Positions 22,523-35,073 of a DNA stretch of 64,000 nt are shown piece after piece. Positions within the stretch are counted from its first letter, which is position 1, and each line of letters begins with the position of its first letter. The stretch comes from Bdellovibrionales bacterium (GTDB lineage: Bacteria; Bdellovibrionota; Bdellovibrionia; Bdellovibrionales; CAYMLA01). The notes under the pieces are model-generated. The model did no database searches. It worked only from the letters and a program-made list of their open reading frames with translations, and was not told where the DNA came from. The position numbers were made by a program, and so were the translations under genes. The stretch covers positions 1,248,001 to 1,312,000 of the forward strand of contig OZ244239.1 of assembly GCA_965217115.1 (NCBI GenBank). The letters are read 5' to 3'.

Positions 22523-24403
22523 GTGATGAATGAATTTGATATTATTGTAATAGGGGCAGGCCACGCAGGGATAGAGGCTTGCTTGGCGAGTTCAAAAAAG
22601 GGGATGAAAACCCTGATGATCACTCAAAGCCTGGAAAAAGTGGGCTTTATGAGTTGTAATCCCTCTATTGGAGGTTTGGCCAAAGGACATATGGTTAGAG
22701 AGCTGGATGTGCTTGGAGGTGAGATGGGTCGAGCCGCCGACACAACGTGCATTCAATTCAAAAGACTGAACGCGCGGAAGGGCCCCGCGGTGAGAGGCTC
22801 TCGTAGCCAAAACGACAAGGAAAAATATGCGCTTTATATGAAACAAAGATTAACTCTCCAGGAAAACTTAACTTTAAAACAGGGAGAGGTAAAAACTCTT
22901 CTTATTAAAAACCACCAGTGTCGTGGTGTTGTTGTAAAAGACGGGAGTGAAATTCATGCTAAGGCCGTGGTTATTACCGCTGGCACGTTTATGAATGGAG
23001 TTATACATGTTGGCGATCGCTCTATAAATGAAGGTCGAGTGGGAGAAAAAGCTTCCACGGGCTTGTCTGATCAAATTCGTGAAAATGGTTTTTCCGTGCA
23101 ACGCTTAAAAACGGGTACCCCTCCCCGTCTTCACCGAGACTCCATTGATTGGGATAAAACAGAGGCCCAAAATGGAGATAAAGAGTTCTACCCTTTTAGC
23201 TTTCGCTCATCCCGAAAGCTACAACTACCACAGATTCAATGCTTCTTAACGATGACGAACGAAAAAACCCACGAGATTATTCGCAGTAACTTGAAAAGGT
23301 CTCCTCTTTACGGAGCTCTTATTGATGGTGTCGGCCCCCGTTATTGTCCAAGCATTGAAGATAAGATTGTTCGTTTCTATGAAAAAACGACTCACCAAAC
23401 TTTTCTTGAACCAGAGGGTTTAAACTCTAAGAGTATTTATTTACAGGGAATTTCAACAAGTCTTCCAGAGGAAATACAGTATCAGTTTTTAAGAACAATT
23501 CCTGGTTTAGAAAACGTAAAAATGATTCAACCTGGATACGTTGTTGAATATGACTTTATCGAACCGACTCAAATTTTACACACCCTGGAAACCAGAACAG
23601 TTCAGTCTCTTTTCTTGGCAGGCCAGGTGAATGGTTCCAGTGGCTATGAAGAAGCTGCCGCTCAGGGATTTATTGCGGGAATTAATGCTGCACAAAAAGT
23701 TTTAAATGAAAAAGAGTTTATACTTTCTCGTGACGAGGCCTATATTGGAGTTTTAATAGATGATCTTGTGACAAAAGGAACTAAAGAACCCTACCGCATG
23801 TTTACGTCCAGGGCCGAACATCGACTGGTCTTAAGAGAAGACAACACGTTGGATCGCTTGAATGAAAAAGGTTTTTCACAGGGAGTTTTAGATAAAAAAA
23901 CGCATGGTGAAGTGACAGCTTATCTGTTAGAAAAAAAAGAGTATTTCGACAAGCTTGAAAAAACACAGGTTTGTCCGAGTAGAGAAATCCAAAGAAAACT
24001 AGAAGGGCTCAACTCCCCTACTTTGTCAAAACCGATAAGCCTCAAAAGCCTTATTAGGCGTAATGAAATCTCATGTGCTCACGCACCTTTATTTGCCGAA
24101 GGTTTTGAAATACCAAGCTTATTTCATGATCCACTGGAGATAGAGATCAAGTATGAAGGGTATATTAAAAGGCAGTTGGAAATTATTAAGCAGCTAGAAA
24201 AACTTGAAAAAATGAAAATTCCTGCAGATTTAAACTATGCCAATATCCACGGACTGTCGAATGAAGAGGTGGAAAAACTGGGAATCGTAAAGCCGAGAAC
24301 GATCGCTCAAGTTCAAAGAATTAGCGGGGTGAATCCCTCCGCGGTGCAGGCTATATTGGTTCATCTAAAGGGCCATCGAAAAACAAACGAACGACCTGAG
24401 TAG
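22523..24403 (+). CDS. mnmG: tRNA uridine 5-carboxymethylaminomethyl modification enzyme
   Basis: GAGHAG, SCNPSIGG, KTGTPPR, GPRYCPSIEDK, EPYRMFTSRAE. Confidence 0.97.
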   Translation: MMNEFDIIVIGAGHAGIEACLASSKKGMKTLMITQSLEKVGFMSCNPSIGGLAKGHMVRELDVLGGEMGRAADTTCIQFKRLNARKGPAVRGSRSQNDKEKYALYMKQRLTLQENLTLKQGEVKTLLIKNHQCRGVVVKDGSEIHAKAVVITAGTFMNGVIHVGDRSINEGRVGEKASTGLSDQIRENGFSVQRLKTGTPPRLHRDSIDWDKTEAQNGDKEFYPFSFRSSRKLQLPQIQCFLTMTNEKTHEIIRSNLKRSPLYGALIDGVGPRYCPSIEDKIVRFYEKTTHQTFLEPEGLNSKSIYLQGISTSLPEEIQYQFLRTIPGLENVKMIQPGYVVEYDFIEPTQILHTLETRTVQSLFLAGQVNGSSGYEEAAAQGFIAGINAAQKVLNEKEFILSRDEAYIGVLIDDLVTKGTKEPYRMFTSRAEHRLVLREDNTLDRLNEKGFSQGVLDKKTHGEVTAYLLEKKEYFDKLEKTQVCPSREIQRKLEGLNSPTLSKPISLKSLIRRNEISCAHAPLFAEGFEIPSLFHDPLEIEIKYEGYIKRQLEIIKQLEKLEKMKIPADLNYANIHGLSNEEVEKLGIVKPRTIAQVQRISGVNPSAVQAILVHLKGHRKTNERPE

Positions 24404-24415
24404 TCAAACTGGCCA

Positions 24416-25108
24416 GTGGAGAACAAAAAAATGAGTAAAACTGCCAATGGGAAAGGCCGAGCACCGGAAAACTGGCGTATTCCTGAGTGGTTTCCAAAAA
24501 TGGAAAAGGAAAAAAAAGAAAAGCTCTACGTTTATTATGGGGAGTTAAAGCACTTTAATAATAAGATTAACCTTGTCTCGCCAAAGACAATGGACAATGC
24601 AGATTTAATTCATTTTGCGGATTCTATTTGTGCTTGTAACTTGATCGTAAAAAACGAGAGTTTTCTCACTGACATACATGATATTGGTAGTGGGAACGGC
24701 TTTCCTGGACTGGTTATGGCGATTTTGTTTCCAGACCTAAAGATAACAGTGGTTGATCGTGATAAGAGAAAAATTGAATTTATTAAACACGTGGCTTGGA
24801 AAATCAAAATAAATAACGTGAGCTATTTAGCTTGCCCCGTAGAGGATTTGCCGAGATGTTCAATTGAGACAGCTATCTCCAGAGGGTTTGCTCCCCTGGA
24901 CAAAGGGCTGGCGTTAACGGGGAATTTATTTAAAAAAGAAAGTCGCTATTTCCACTTAAAAGGGAGCCAATGGAGGGAAGAGGTTAGTCAGGTCTTAGCT
25001 TCTGCCGAGGGACATCCCCTTTGGAGGTCCAGTCTTCTTGGAGAATACCGACGCCCCCTTGAAGAGACGGCATTTGCCGTGATCAAAACAGTAAAAATCG
25101 CCGATTGA
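24416..25108 (+). CDS. rsmG: 16S rRNA m7G527 methyltransferase
   Basis: N..INLVS, HFADS, DIGSGNGFPG; position after mnmG. Confidence 0.92.
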   Translation: MENKKMSKTANGKGRAPENWRIPEWFPKMEKEKKEKLYVYYGELKHFNNKINLVSPKTMDNADLIHFADSICACNLIVKNESFLTDIHDIGSGNGFPGLVMAILFPDLKITVVDRDKRKIEFIKHVAWKIKINNVSYLACPVEDLPRCSIETAISRGFAPLDKGLALTGNLFKKESRYFHLKGSQWREEVSQVLASAEGHPLWRSSLLGEYRRPLEETAFAVIKTVKIAD

Positions 25109-25231
25109 GAATTGTTTTATAAAAACCGAGTATAATCAGAAGATTAGAGGCGATAAGGGTGTTTTTTGTTCATCTTCAAGGGAGTTTATTGGTCAAAAAA
25201 GACATCAGACAGGCCCTGGATAAAGACAAAG

Positions 25232-25247
25232 TGTTCCACGTGAAACA
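25232..25247. promoter_or_regulatory. parS centromere site
   Basis: TGTTCCACGTGAAACA, one mismatch from TGTTTCACGTGAAACA; intergenic, just upstream of parA. Confidence 0.9.
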
Positions 25248-25334
25248 TAAATAACTAGCGTTAAAGAGAAATTATCTTGAAAATTAGGCCAAACTCCGCA
25301 AAAACTAGGGGAGGGACTTTAAGTGAGAGGGGTT

Positions 25335-26180
25335 ATGGGGAAAATAATTTGTGTGACTAATCAAAAAGGCGGGGTTGGGAAGACAACAACAGCCGTAAAC
25401 CTATCTTCGTTCTTGGCCAGTATGGGGAGAAAGGTTCTTCTTGTGGACATGGACCCCCAGGGAAATGCTTCATCAGGCCTTGGAATCAAGCGATTTGATA
25501 TTCAAGACAGCAATGTTTACCATGTTCTTATTGGAAACAAGGAGGTTCATCAGGCTATCCATAAAACGTCTGTTGAGCGTCTTGAGATTGTGCCAGCCAA
25601 TCCTGACCTCGTTGGGGCTGAAATTGAATTAGTGGATATTGAGAGGCGTGAGTTTCGCCTCAAAGCGTCCCTTGAATTGGTAAAAGAAAACTATGATTAT
25701 ATATTTATAGACTGTCCCCCGTCGTTGGGGCTATTAACCTTAAACTCTCTTTCGGCGGCAGATAGTTTTATTGTGCCCCTTCAGTGTGAGTACTACGCCC
25801 TAGAGGGGTTGAGTCAGCTTTTAAACACGGCTGGCCTCGTTAGAAAGGGGCTTAATCCCCGTTTAAAAATAGAGGGAATTGTGCTGACGATGTTTGATAC
25901 CCGGAACAAGCTTAGCCATCAGGTGGTTTCAGAAATTCGAAATCACTTTGGAGACAAGGTTTTCGATTCTGTTATTCCAAGAAATGTGAGAGTGAGCGAG
26001 GCTCCAAGTCACGGTCAGGCTATTTTTGAATATGACCCCCGTTCAATAGGGGCCATTCGTTATTCAGAATTGGCGGCTGAGGTGGATCAAAAAAACAATC
26101 AACAGGCAGATGTGTCTTGCGGTGAAAATCGCAATGGGAATCAAGACGAAGGTCGAGGGGAAAACATTTATGTTAGATAA
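25335..26180 (+). CDS. parA: Chromosome partitioning ATPase ParA/Soj
   Basis: NQKGGVGKTTT, DPQGN, DCPPSLG, QCEYYALEG, IPRNVRVSEAPS. Confidence 0.97.
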   Translation: MGKIICVTNQKGGVGKTTTAVNLSSFLASMGRKVLLVDMDPQGNASSGLGIKRFDIQDSNVYHVLIGNKEVHQAIHKTSVERLEIVPANPDLVGAEIELVDIERREFRLKASLELVKENYDYIFIDCPPSLGLLTLNSLSAADSFIVPLQCEYYALEGLSQLLNTAGLVRKGLNPRLKIEGIVLTMFDTRNKLSHQVVSEIRNHFGDKVFDSVIPRNVRVSEAPSHGQAIFEYDPRSIGAIRYSELAAEVDQKNNQQADVSCGENRNGNQDEGRGENIYVR

Positions 26181-27084
26181 AAAGACAACTAAAAATAGCA
26201 ATCCGCTGGGGCGGGGTTTAGAGGGACTTTTTAAGCATAGCGAGATTGAGGAAAAAGAAAACAACAACAATGTCAGAGACCTATCTGATGAAAAGAGGGT
26301 TTGGTCTATTCCAGTGGAAAAGCTTGTTGCCAACAAAAAGCAACCGAGAAAAACTTTTAATAAAGAGACTCTTCTTGAATTGGCAAATTCGATTCGAGAG
26401 AAGGGGGTTATTCAGCCTATTCTAGCAAGAAAACGAGAGAATGGTTTTTTTGAAATTATCGCAGGGGAGAGGCGATGGAGGGCCTCCCAAGAAGCGGGCC
26501 TAAAAGAAGTCCCTGTTGTTTTAAGAAAGTCTAATGATAAAGACACCTTAGAGGTTGCTTTGATTGAGAATATTCAAAGACAAGATCTTAATCCCATTGA
26601 AGAGGCCGAGGCCTATCAGTTCCTGTTAGAGTCCCACTCAATGACCCAAAAGCAGGTTGCTCAGAAAGTGGGCAAGGACCGAGTGACTGTGGCCAATTCT
26701 TTGCGTCTTTTAGGGTTGGCTCCAAGGGTGAGAGAGATGGTGGTGAACTTGCTTCTATCTGCGGGGCATGGGCGAGCGCTCTTGTCAGTTGAAGAGAAGT
26801 CAGAGCAATTGCAAATGGCGAAAAAAATAGTCACAGAAAAATTGAGTGTAAGGGCTGTGGAGATATTGGTGGCCAAGAAAAACAGAATTTCCAGGGGCGG
26901 GGGGCACGAAGAGCCAGATGCTAGTGAAAAAATGGTTAAACTCTTAGTTGAAGAGCTACAAAGAAAAACAGGAACAAAGGTTAAAATTGACTACAACAAA
27001 GGAAAGGGCAGGGTCTCGGTGTGTTTTTATTCTGATGACGAGTTGGGTAAAATTGTAGAAATGATGGGGAAGGGATGTCGATAG
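26170..27084 (+). CDS. parB: Chromosome partitioning protein ParB/Spo0J
   Basis: LGRGL, QPRK.F, IAGERRWRA, ENIQRQDLNPIEEA, HTH. Confidence 0.97.
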   Translation: MLDKKTTKNSNPLGRGLEGLFKHSEIEEKENNNNVRDLSDEKRVWSIPVEKLVANKKQPRKTFNKETLLELANSIREKGVIQPILARKRENGFFEIIAGERRWRASQEAGLKEVPVVLRKSNDKDTLEVALIENIQRQDLNPIEEAEAYQFLLESHSMTQKQVAQKVGKDRVTVANSLRLLGLAPRVREMVVNLLLSAGHGRALLSVEEKSEQLQMAKKIVTEKLSVRAVEILVAKKNRISRGGGHEEPDASEKMVKLLVEELQRKTGTKVKIDYNKGKGRVSVCFYSDDELGKIVEMMGKGCR

Positions 27085-27482
27085 TAGAAAGGGAAGAAAG
27101 GGAAGAAAGGGAAGAAAGGGAAGAAAGGGAAGAAAAAGAAGCTCCCTCTGAATTTGATTCAGAGGTCTCAGCCATTTTAGACAGAGGGTCTTCTTTCGAG
27201 GGAAAGCTTACTTTTGCTGGAACGGTTCAGATTGGAGGAAATTTTAAGGGAGAGATCTTTACCAATGATATATTGGTTATTAATCGAGGGGCGAAGGTTC
27301 AGGCAGAGATTGAGGCCAGTGTTGTGATTGTTAGCGGCGAGGTTGAGGCCAATATTTACGCCAAGAACAAAGTTTTGATGCACCCTCCGGCCATCTTTAA
27401 AGGGACGGTGACGACGCCAAGTTTACGCATTGATGAAGGGGTTGTGTTTGAGGGGGCTTCTTATATGCCCAGCAAAAAATAA
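27075..27482 (+). CDS. Bactofilin (polymer-forming cytoskeletal protein) with an N-terminal EER repeat
   Basis: Beta-helix pattern FEGKLTF.G.VQIGG.FKGEI..LRIDEGVVFEG. Confidence 0.9.
   Translation: MSIVEREEREEREEREEREEKEAPSEFDSEVSAILDRGSSFEGKLTFAGTVQIGGNFKGEIFTNDILVINRGAKVQAEIEASVVIVSGEVEANIYAKNKVLMHPPAIFKGTVTTPSLRIDEGVVFEGASYMPSKK
27086..27130 (+). repeat. Tandem repeat (AGAAAGGGA)x5, in frame
   Basis: Five exact 9-nt copies read directly; encodes EREEREEREEREERE. Confidence 0.95.
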
Positions 27483-27529
27483 AGGCACGTCTAAGGGACT
27501 AGAATTCTTATCATTGCATGATCAAAGGC

Positions 27530-27558
27530 TTGCCAATGTTTATAGGAAGTATTACTAA
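27530..27558 (+). promoter_or_regulatory. Possible sigma70 promoter of the atpF'FHAGDC operon
   Basis: TTGCCA-N17-TACTAA about 40 nt before the start codon. Confidence 0.35.
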
Positions 27559-27596
27559 GTTCTCTGGAAAAACAAAATAAAACAAGGCAAAGAGTT

Positions 27597-28037
27597 ATGG
27601 AACTACTGACGTCTTTAGGCGTGAATTCGACAATTTGGGCTCAGTTGATTATTTTCATGGGTGTTTATTTTGTCCTTTCCAAGACAGTGTTTGGTCCCTA
27701 CTTAGAAGCTTTGAAAAAGAGAGAAGAAAGTACGGTCGGTGGAGAGGAAAGTGCAGAAAGAATTTTGGAAGAAGTGACCTCCTTAAAAAAAGAGTTTGAA
27801 GAAAAAGCAAAGAAATTAAGCTCTGAACAAATGGTTTTGTATAATCAAGCGCGCGAAGGGGCTCAAAAAAAACATGATAGAGCGATTAGTCAAGCCCGTG
27901 AAGAAGCTGAAGATGTGATTGAAGGTGTTCGTCAAAAAATAAAAAAAAACATAGAACAGGTCAGGAAAGAGATGTTTTCAGAAATTCCAGCTGTTAGCAA
28001 AAACATTGTGGGCAAGTTAGTGGGAGGCGGAAGCTAA
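27597..28037 (+). CDS. ATP synthase F0 subunit b'
   Basis: N-terminal TM helix, P....LKKRE, coiled coil; first gene of the atp cluster. Confidence 0.85.
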   Translation: MELLTSLGVNSTIWAQLIIFMGVYFVLSKTVFGPYLEALKKREESTVGGEESAERILEEVTSLKKEFEEKAKKLSSEQMVLYNQAREGAQKKHDRAISQAREEAEDVIEGVRQKIKKNIEQVRKEMFSEIPAVSKNIVGKLVGGGS

Positions 28038-28607
28038 GTGCTACAGATAAAGGCCATTTTAATTGTTTTAGCTTCTGTGTCTCAAGAGGTTTTTGCGTCG
28101 AACAGTTCTCACGGGGAGGTCATTGAGGTTCCTGGAGTTGTTTTTTATCAAGCCTTAAATGCAGGAATTTTTTTTTTGGGACTGTTTTTGATATTGAGAC
28201 CTCATATAAAAAAATATTTTACTGATCGAAAGAAAAACTTCGATGAGGCGAAGCAGAGAGCTGAAAACTTGTTAGAGGAGGCTCAACAGAGTCACACTCT
28301 TCTTACAGAGAAACTTCTAAAACTAGAGAGAGAGTCGAAAGCCGGAATAGAAAAGGCAAGGGCTGAGGCCGCAGAAATGGGAGAAGAAATAATCAAAGAA
28401 GCTCAGAGAGTGTCTGAAAGAATAAAACGAGAAGGAGCAAGAACGGCAGATCGAGAGATCTCGTTAGCCAAGGAAGCCCTGCGAAAAGAGATGTTAGAAA
28501 AAGCGCTGCAAGCAGCTGAAGAGGCTTTATCTGAACAATTATCTGGTGATGATAAGACTCGATTGCAAAAAGATTTTTGCACTCGAGTTGAGGCGATGAG
28601 ACCATGA
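28038..28607 (+). CDS. atpF: ATP synthase F0 subunit b
   Basis: TM (QALNAGIFFLGL) plus charged coiled coil, upstream of atpH. Confidence 0.85.
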   Translation: MLQIKAILIVLASVSQEVFASNSSHGEVIEVPGVVFYQALNAGIFFLGLFLILRPHIKKYFTDRKKNFDEAKQRAENLLEEAQQSHTLLTEKLLKLERESKAGIEKARAEAAEMGEEIIKEAQRVSERIKREGARTADREISLAKEALRKEMLEKALQAAEEALSEQLSGDDKTRLQKDFCTRVEAMRP

Positions 28608-29143
28608 ACAAAGAATTGTCACGCGCCTATGCGACAGCCTTGTATGAGAGCCTGAAGAAAGAGGAGAGGTTGAATACTCTTGAGCAATTAAAAAAAGTTT
28701 CTTCTGCATTTAGAGACAATGAAGTGAAACTTTTTTTTGAGAACCCTTTAATTAGTGAGATTGAAAAAAAAGAAGTTTTTCACAAAGCCCTCGCCCCTTT
28801 AGAAGCAGGGGAGGTTTTTAAAAGCTTTCTCTCTGTTGTTGCAGACAAAAGAAGAGCGGCTTTTTTACCCGAAATCACTGAAACCTTTGAAGAGGTTCTC
28901 AACAAAGAGACAGGCATTACAAAAGGAATAGTTTATAGTGTGGCGAAACTGGAGTCCCATGATAAAGACGATATTGTTCTGAGTATTGAGAAGATTGTTC
29001 AGAAAAAGGTAAATTTGGATTATAAACAAGATGCAAGTTTGCTTGGTGGCTTAGTGGCCGAAGTGGGAAGCTGGCGTTTTGATGATTCTTTAAAATCCCA
29101 TCTTAAAAATTTAAACGATGAATTAAACAGGAGCGTTAACTAA
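28604..29143 (+). CDS. atpH: ATP synthase delta subunit
   Basis: [21 protein letters not shown]. Confidence 0.92.
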   Translation: MNKELSRAYATALYESLKKEERLNTLEQLKKVSSAFRDNEVKLFFENPLISEIEKKEVFHKALAPLEAGEVFKSFLSVVADKRRAAFLPEITETFEEVLNKETGITKGIVYSVAKLESHDKDDIVLSIEKIVQKKVNLDYKQDASLLGGLVAEVGSWRFDDSLKSHLKNLNDELNRSVN

Positions 29144-29144
29144 T

Positions 29145-30668
29145 ATGGAAGTCCAAATTCAAGCTGATGAAATCAGTCGGGTGTTGAAAGATCAAATTAG
29201 TAATTACAATAAAAAAATTGAAGTGAGTGAAACGGGGCAGGTTTTAAGTGTCGGTGACGGTGTTGCTCGTGTTTATGGATTAGAAAACGTGATGGCTGGA
29301 GAGCTAGTTGTTTTTCCTAATGATGTTACGGGAATGGTTCTGAACCTAGAGTCAGACATTGTCGGTGTTGTTGTTTTTGGCGAAGACAGAAGCATAAAAG
29401 AGGGCGATAGAGTTAAGAGAACGGGTTCTATTCTTTCGGTGCCAGTGGGCAAGGGGTTATTGGGAAGAGTTGTTGATACATTGGGAAACCCTATTGATGG
29501 CATGGGAGCAATCGACTCAACTCAGAAGAGGCAAGTTGAGTTCAAAGCCCCTGGAATTGTGTCTCGTCAGCCAGTTGAAGAGCCTTTGCAAACTGGAATT
29601 AAGGCTATTGATTCCATGATTCCCATTGGTAGAGGGCAGCGTGAATTGATTATTGGAGACCGTCAAACAGGGAAAACAGCGATTGCAGTGGATACAATTA
29701 TTAATCAAAAAGGACAAAATGTTCACTGCTTTTATGTTGCGATTGGGCAGAAGCGATCTACTGTGGCTCAAGTGGTAGAGAAACTAAAAGCTTCTGGTGC
29801 TATGGATTACACAACGGTGATTGCGGCAACGGCTTCTGATCCAGCGCCTCTGCAGTTTTTATCTGCCTATAGTGGTTGTGCTATGGCTGAATATTTTAGA
29901 GATAATGGAATGCATGCTTTAATTGTCTATGATGATTTAACGAAACAGGCCCAGGCCTATCGTCAGATTTCTTTACTTCTTCGTCGTCCCCCGGGCCGAG
30001 AGGCTTATCCTGGAGATGTGTTTTATATTCACTCTCGTTTATTAGAAAGAGCGGCAAAAATGAGTGAAGATAAAGGTGCCGGATCGTTGACGGCACTGCC
30101 TATTATTGAAACTCAAGCCGGAGATATTGCGGCCTATGTTCCAACGAACGTAATTTCAATCACTGACGGTCAGATTTTTCTTGAAGCGGACCTGTTTAAT
30201 AGTGGTATTCGTCCTGCGGTAAATGTGGGAAAATCAGTGTCTCGAGTGGGCGGTGCAGCTCAGATTAAGGCCATGAAGAGTATTGCGGGAACGTTGAAAT
30301 TAGATTTAGCTCAATTTCGCGAGGTGGAAGCTTTTTCTGCTTTTGCATCTGACTTAGATGATGCGACAAAGGCGCAGTTAAATCGAGGATACCGTCTTGT
30401 TGAGATGTTAAAACAACCGCAGTATCAACCCTATAAAGTGGAAGAACAGGTTGTCATTATCTATGCGGCTTCAAAGGGGTATTTGGATGAAGTCCCTGTA
30501 AAAGATATTCAACGTTATGAAGTTGAATTTATAGAGTTTATGCGATCAAAATACAAAAATCTTTTAGATCAAATCATTAACGATAAAAAAATAACAGATG
30601 AAACTTCCGAGAATCTTGTCGCTGGAATTCAAGAATTTTCAAGGGTTTTTAAAGTTTCTAAGGATTAG
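29145..30668 (+). CDS. atpA: ATP synthase alpha subunit
   Basis: [20 protein letters not shown]. Confidence 0.98.
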   Translation: MEVQIQADEISRVLKDQISNYNKKIEVSETGQVLSVGDGVARVYGLENVMAGELVVFPNDVTGMVLNLESDIVGVVVFGEDRSIKEGDRVKRTGSILSVPVGKGLLGRVVDTLGNPIDGMGAIDSTQKRQVEFKAPGIVSRQPVEEPLQTGIKAIDSMIPIGRGQRELIIGDRQTGKTAIAVDTIINQKGQNVHCFYVAIGQKRSTVAQVVEKLKASGAMDYTTVIAATASDPAPLQFLSAYSGCAMAEYFRDNGMHALIVYDDLTKQAQAYRQISLLLRRPPGREAYPGDVFYIHSRLLERAAKMSEDKGAGSLTALPIIETQAGDIAAYVPTNVISITDGQIFLEADLFNSGIRPAVNVGKSVSRVGGAAQIKAMKSIAGTLKLDLAQFREVEAFSAFASDLDDATKAQLNRGYRLVEMLKQPQYQPYKVEEQVVIIYAASKGYLDEVPVKDIQRYEVEFIEFMRSKYKNLLDQIINDKKITDETSENLVAGIQEFSRVFKVSKD

Positions 30669-30671
30669 TGA

Positions 30672-32958
<2,287 letters not shown>

Positions 32959-32967
32959 GGGAAGAGA

Positions 32968-33363
32968 GTGTTTAAATTAACCATAGTTACGCCTGAAAAG
33001 AAAATTCTTATGGATGAAGAGATGTCAGATCTTCTTGTCAGTGGATACAGAGGGGAATTGAATATCCTTCCTGGGCATGCTCCGATGATGACAACTTTAG
33101 AGACGGCCCTCTTACGATATAAGTTAAAAAATGATTCTGATTATAAATCACTGGCAATGAGTTCGGGTTATTTAGAAGTAGATAGCAATGGTGTAAATAT
33201 TCTTGCTGAAACGGCAGAGACGAAAGAGGATATTGATGTGGATAGAGCTAAAGAGAACTTAAAGAAAGCAAACGACCTTTTGGCCAGTGGCGAGTTACAG
33301 GGTAAAGAGCTTGCTAAATATGAGAGAAAGGCCAAAAGAGCGGAGATAAGGCTTTCTCTTTAA
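32968..33363 (+). CDS. atpC: ATP synthase epsilon subunit
   Basis: IVTPE, GEL.ILPGHAP, IDVDRA. Confidence 0.95.
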   Translation: MFKLTIVTPEKKILMDEEMSDLLVSGYRGELNILPGHAPMMTTLETALLRYKLKNDSDYKSLAMSSGYLEVDSNGVNILAETAETKEDIDVDRAKENLKKANDLLASGELQGKELAKYERKAKRAEIRLSL

Positions 33364-33381
33364 TTTTTTAGAGTTTAGCTC

Positions 33382-34056
33382 GTGTGGTTGAGGCGTACAG
33401 GGAGAGAATTTATTTTAAAACCGCCTTTAAGAGCGATAGGACTCTTGTTATTTTCGGCTGTTTTATGTCTTTTGTTTTTTGACCAAAAAATAACGTGTTT
33501 TTTTTCTAAAAATGAACCAGAACCTTTTGATTCCATAGCAATGGTTATAACTGATCTTGGCGAAGCGGGTGTATATCTTGCTTTAAGTTTTTTAGGGACT
33601 GTTGTTTTTAAAGTTTTTTCAAGGATAAGTGTTAAAAATAGAGCGAGCCACAAAAAAAAATACGAAGTTTTTTTGATGAGCTTAATTGCGTTTTTATTCT
33701 CTGGTTTTGTGATAACGGTTCTTAAAGTTTTGTTTGGTCGAGAGAGGCCTTATTTTTCGGAGAGTTGTGATCCGTGGGTTTTTACTTGGTTTAACGCCCA
33801 TTGGAATTTTCACTCGATGCCTTCAGGGCATGGGCAAGTTGTTTTTACTTTATGGGCGCTAACTCATTTTTTTAATTGGAAATGGTCTTGGTTTGTTTTA
33901 ATTTATGCCATTTTGATTGGATCCACGAGGGTTGTTATCTTCCGGCACTTTCCGTCGGATGTTTTGGTGTCTTTTGCCGTGAGCTATCTTTGTGTTTGGT
34001 GGCTCTTTTTTAGAAAACAAAAAAAATTATTAAAAGAAAACAATGAACAGCTATAA
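33382..34056 (+). CDS. PAP2-family membrane phosphatase
   Basis: K...GRERP, SMPSGH, TRV....HFPSDV catalytic motifs. Confidence 0.9.
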   Translation: MWLRRTGREFILKPPLRAIGLLLFSAVLCLLFFDQKITCFFSKNEPEPFDSIAMVITDLGEAGVYLALSFLGTVVFKVFSRISVKNRASHKKKYEVFLMSLIAFLFSGFVITVLKVLFGRERPYFSESCDPWVFTWFNAHWNFHSMPSGHGQVVFTLWALTHFFNWKWSWFVLIYAILIGSTRVVIFRHFPSDVLVSFAVSYLCVWWLFFRKQKKLLKENNEQL

Positions 34057-34166
34057 TTTAGTTTTACGAGGGGAGAAGACCCGCTGTCTCGACTTTTGGA
34101 GAGGCTAAGGCGAAGAGTTATTGCTATTAAAAAGACAGACAAAGAAAAAGTAGTTAAAATAAAGCT

Positions 34167-34919
34167 ATGCTAAGGATAGAGAAAAAGAGAAGAATAACAA
34201 AAGGGCTGTTTGCCTTGGTTTTTCTTTTGAACTTCGACGCTTCAATTTGGGCAAATGACTCTCATTCAAACAAAAAAGAAAATCAAGTCATAGACGATGG
34301 ATTGTGGGTTGTGAAAGAGACTGATGGGGGAGCCAGAATTGATGTGGATGGTTTGGTTATTCCTAGGGCCTATGAAGAGAGATATTTGGGATGGGGAACT
34401 CAGTGGAGCATTGGAGTCGGGGCCTTTGGGTGGTTGTTTGATGAACCGAATATAAAAGGGGATCACAGTGAGGTGGGCTTAGGATTTCGTTATGGTTTTG
34501 GTTGGGGAAGTGTCGAGCTTCACTTAGGTTATGGGCTGTTGGAAACAAAAGACCTGGGTCGTGTTGACAATGAAAAATTAACACTGACTTCTATAAAAAC
34601 TTTTCGAGCGGGATTGGCTTATTATGGAGAAAACTTCTTTTTTTCAGATTATTTTTCTCCTTACATAGAAGGAGGAGCCTGCCAATTGAGCTACGCTGTT
34701 GAAGATTCTGAGAGCCAAAAGAGAACGATCTCCTCTAAAGCAGCTCCCTATGTGGCCGTGGGTTTTAACCTGCCTTTGGGTTGGCTTGATAAAGAGAGTG
34801 CTATTTTATCTTATGATGAAATTAGCTTAAGTGATATAGCCCTTTATGTGGAGGCCCAAAAAAAACTTCTCTCAGAAACAGAAGTTTATCTCTCAGGAGG
34901 CTTTAGCCTTATTTTTTAG
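34167..34919 (+). CDS. Hypothetical exported protein, probable outer-membrane beta-barrel
   Basis: Signal-like N-terminus, Gly/aromatic beta-strand pattern, C-terminal Phe (YLSGGFSLIF). Confidence 0.55.
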   Translation: MLRIEKKRRITKGLFALVFLLNFDASIWANDSHSNKKENQVIDDGLWVVKETDGGARIDVDGLVIPRAYEERYLGWGTQWSIGVGAFGWLFDEPNIKGDHSEVGLGFRYGFGWGSVELHLGYGLLETKDLGRVDNEKLTLTSIKTFRAGLAYYGENFFFSDYFSPYIEGGACQLSYAVEDSESQKRTISSKAAPYVAVGFNLPLGWLDKESAILSYDEISLSDIALYVEAQKKLLSETEVYLSGGFSLIF

Positions 34920-35009
34920 CAATGCCTTTGTCACTGTTATTCTCTCTTCCCTTTTTATTGGCTCAAAGAGGGAACCTTAGTTTTTGGGTTTGTTATGGGA
35001 AGGCTTTAT

Positions 35010-35044
35010 AAAAAAACCCCCGTTGTTGATAGGCAACGGGGGTT
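35010..35044 (-). terminator. Intrinsic terminator of the minus-strand gene 35074-36243
   Basis: Stem AACCCCCGTTG/CAACGGGGGTT with an A-run on the + strand 5' side (U-tract on minus). Confidence 0.8.
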
Positions 35045-35073
35045 CATTAGAATTCTTGCAGACTAACTAGTAA

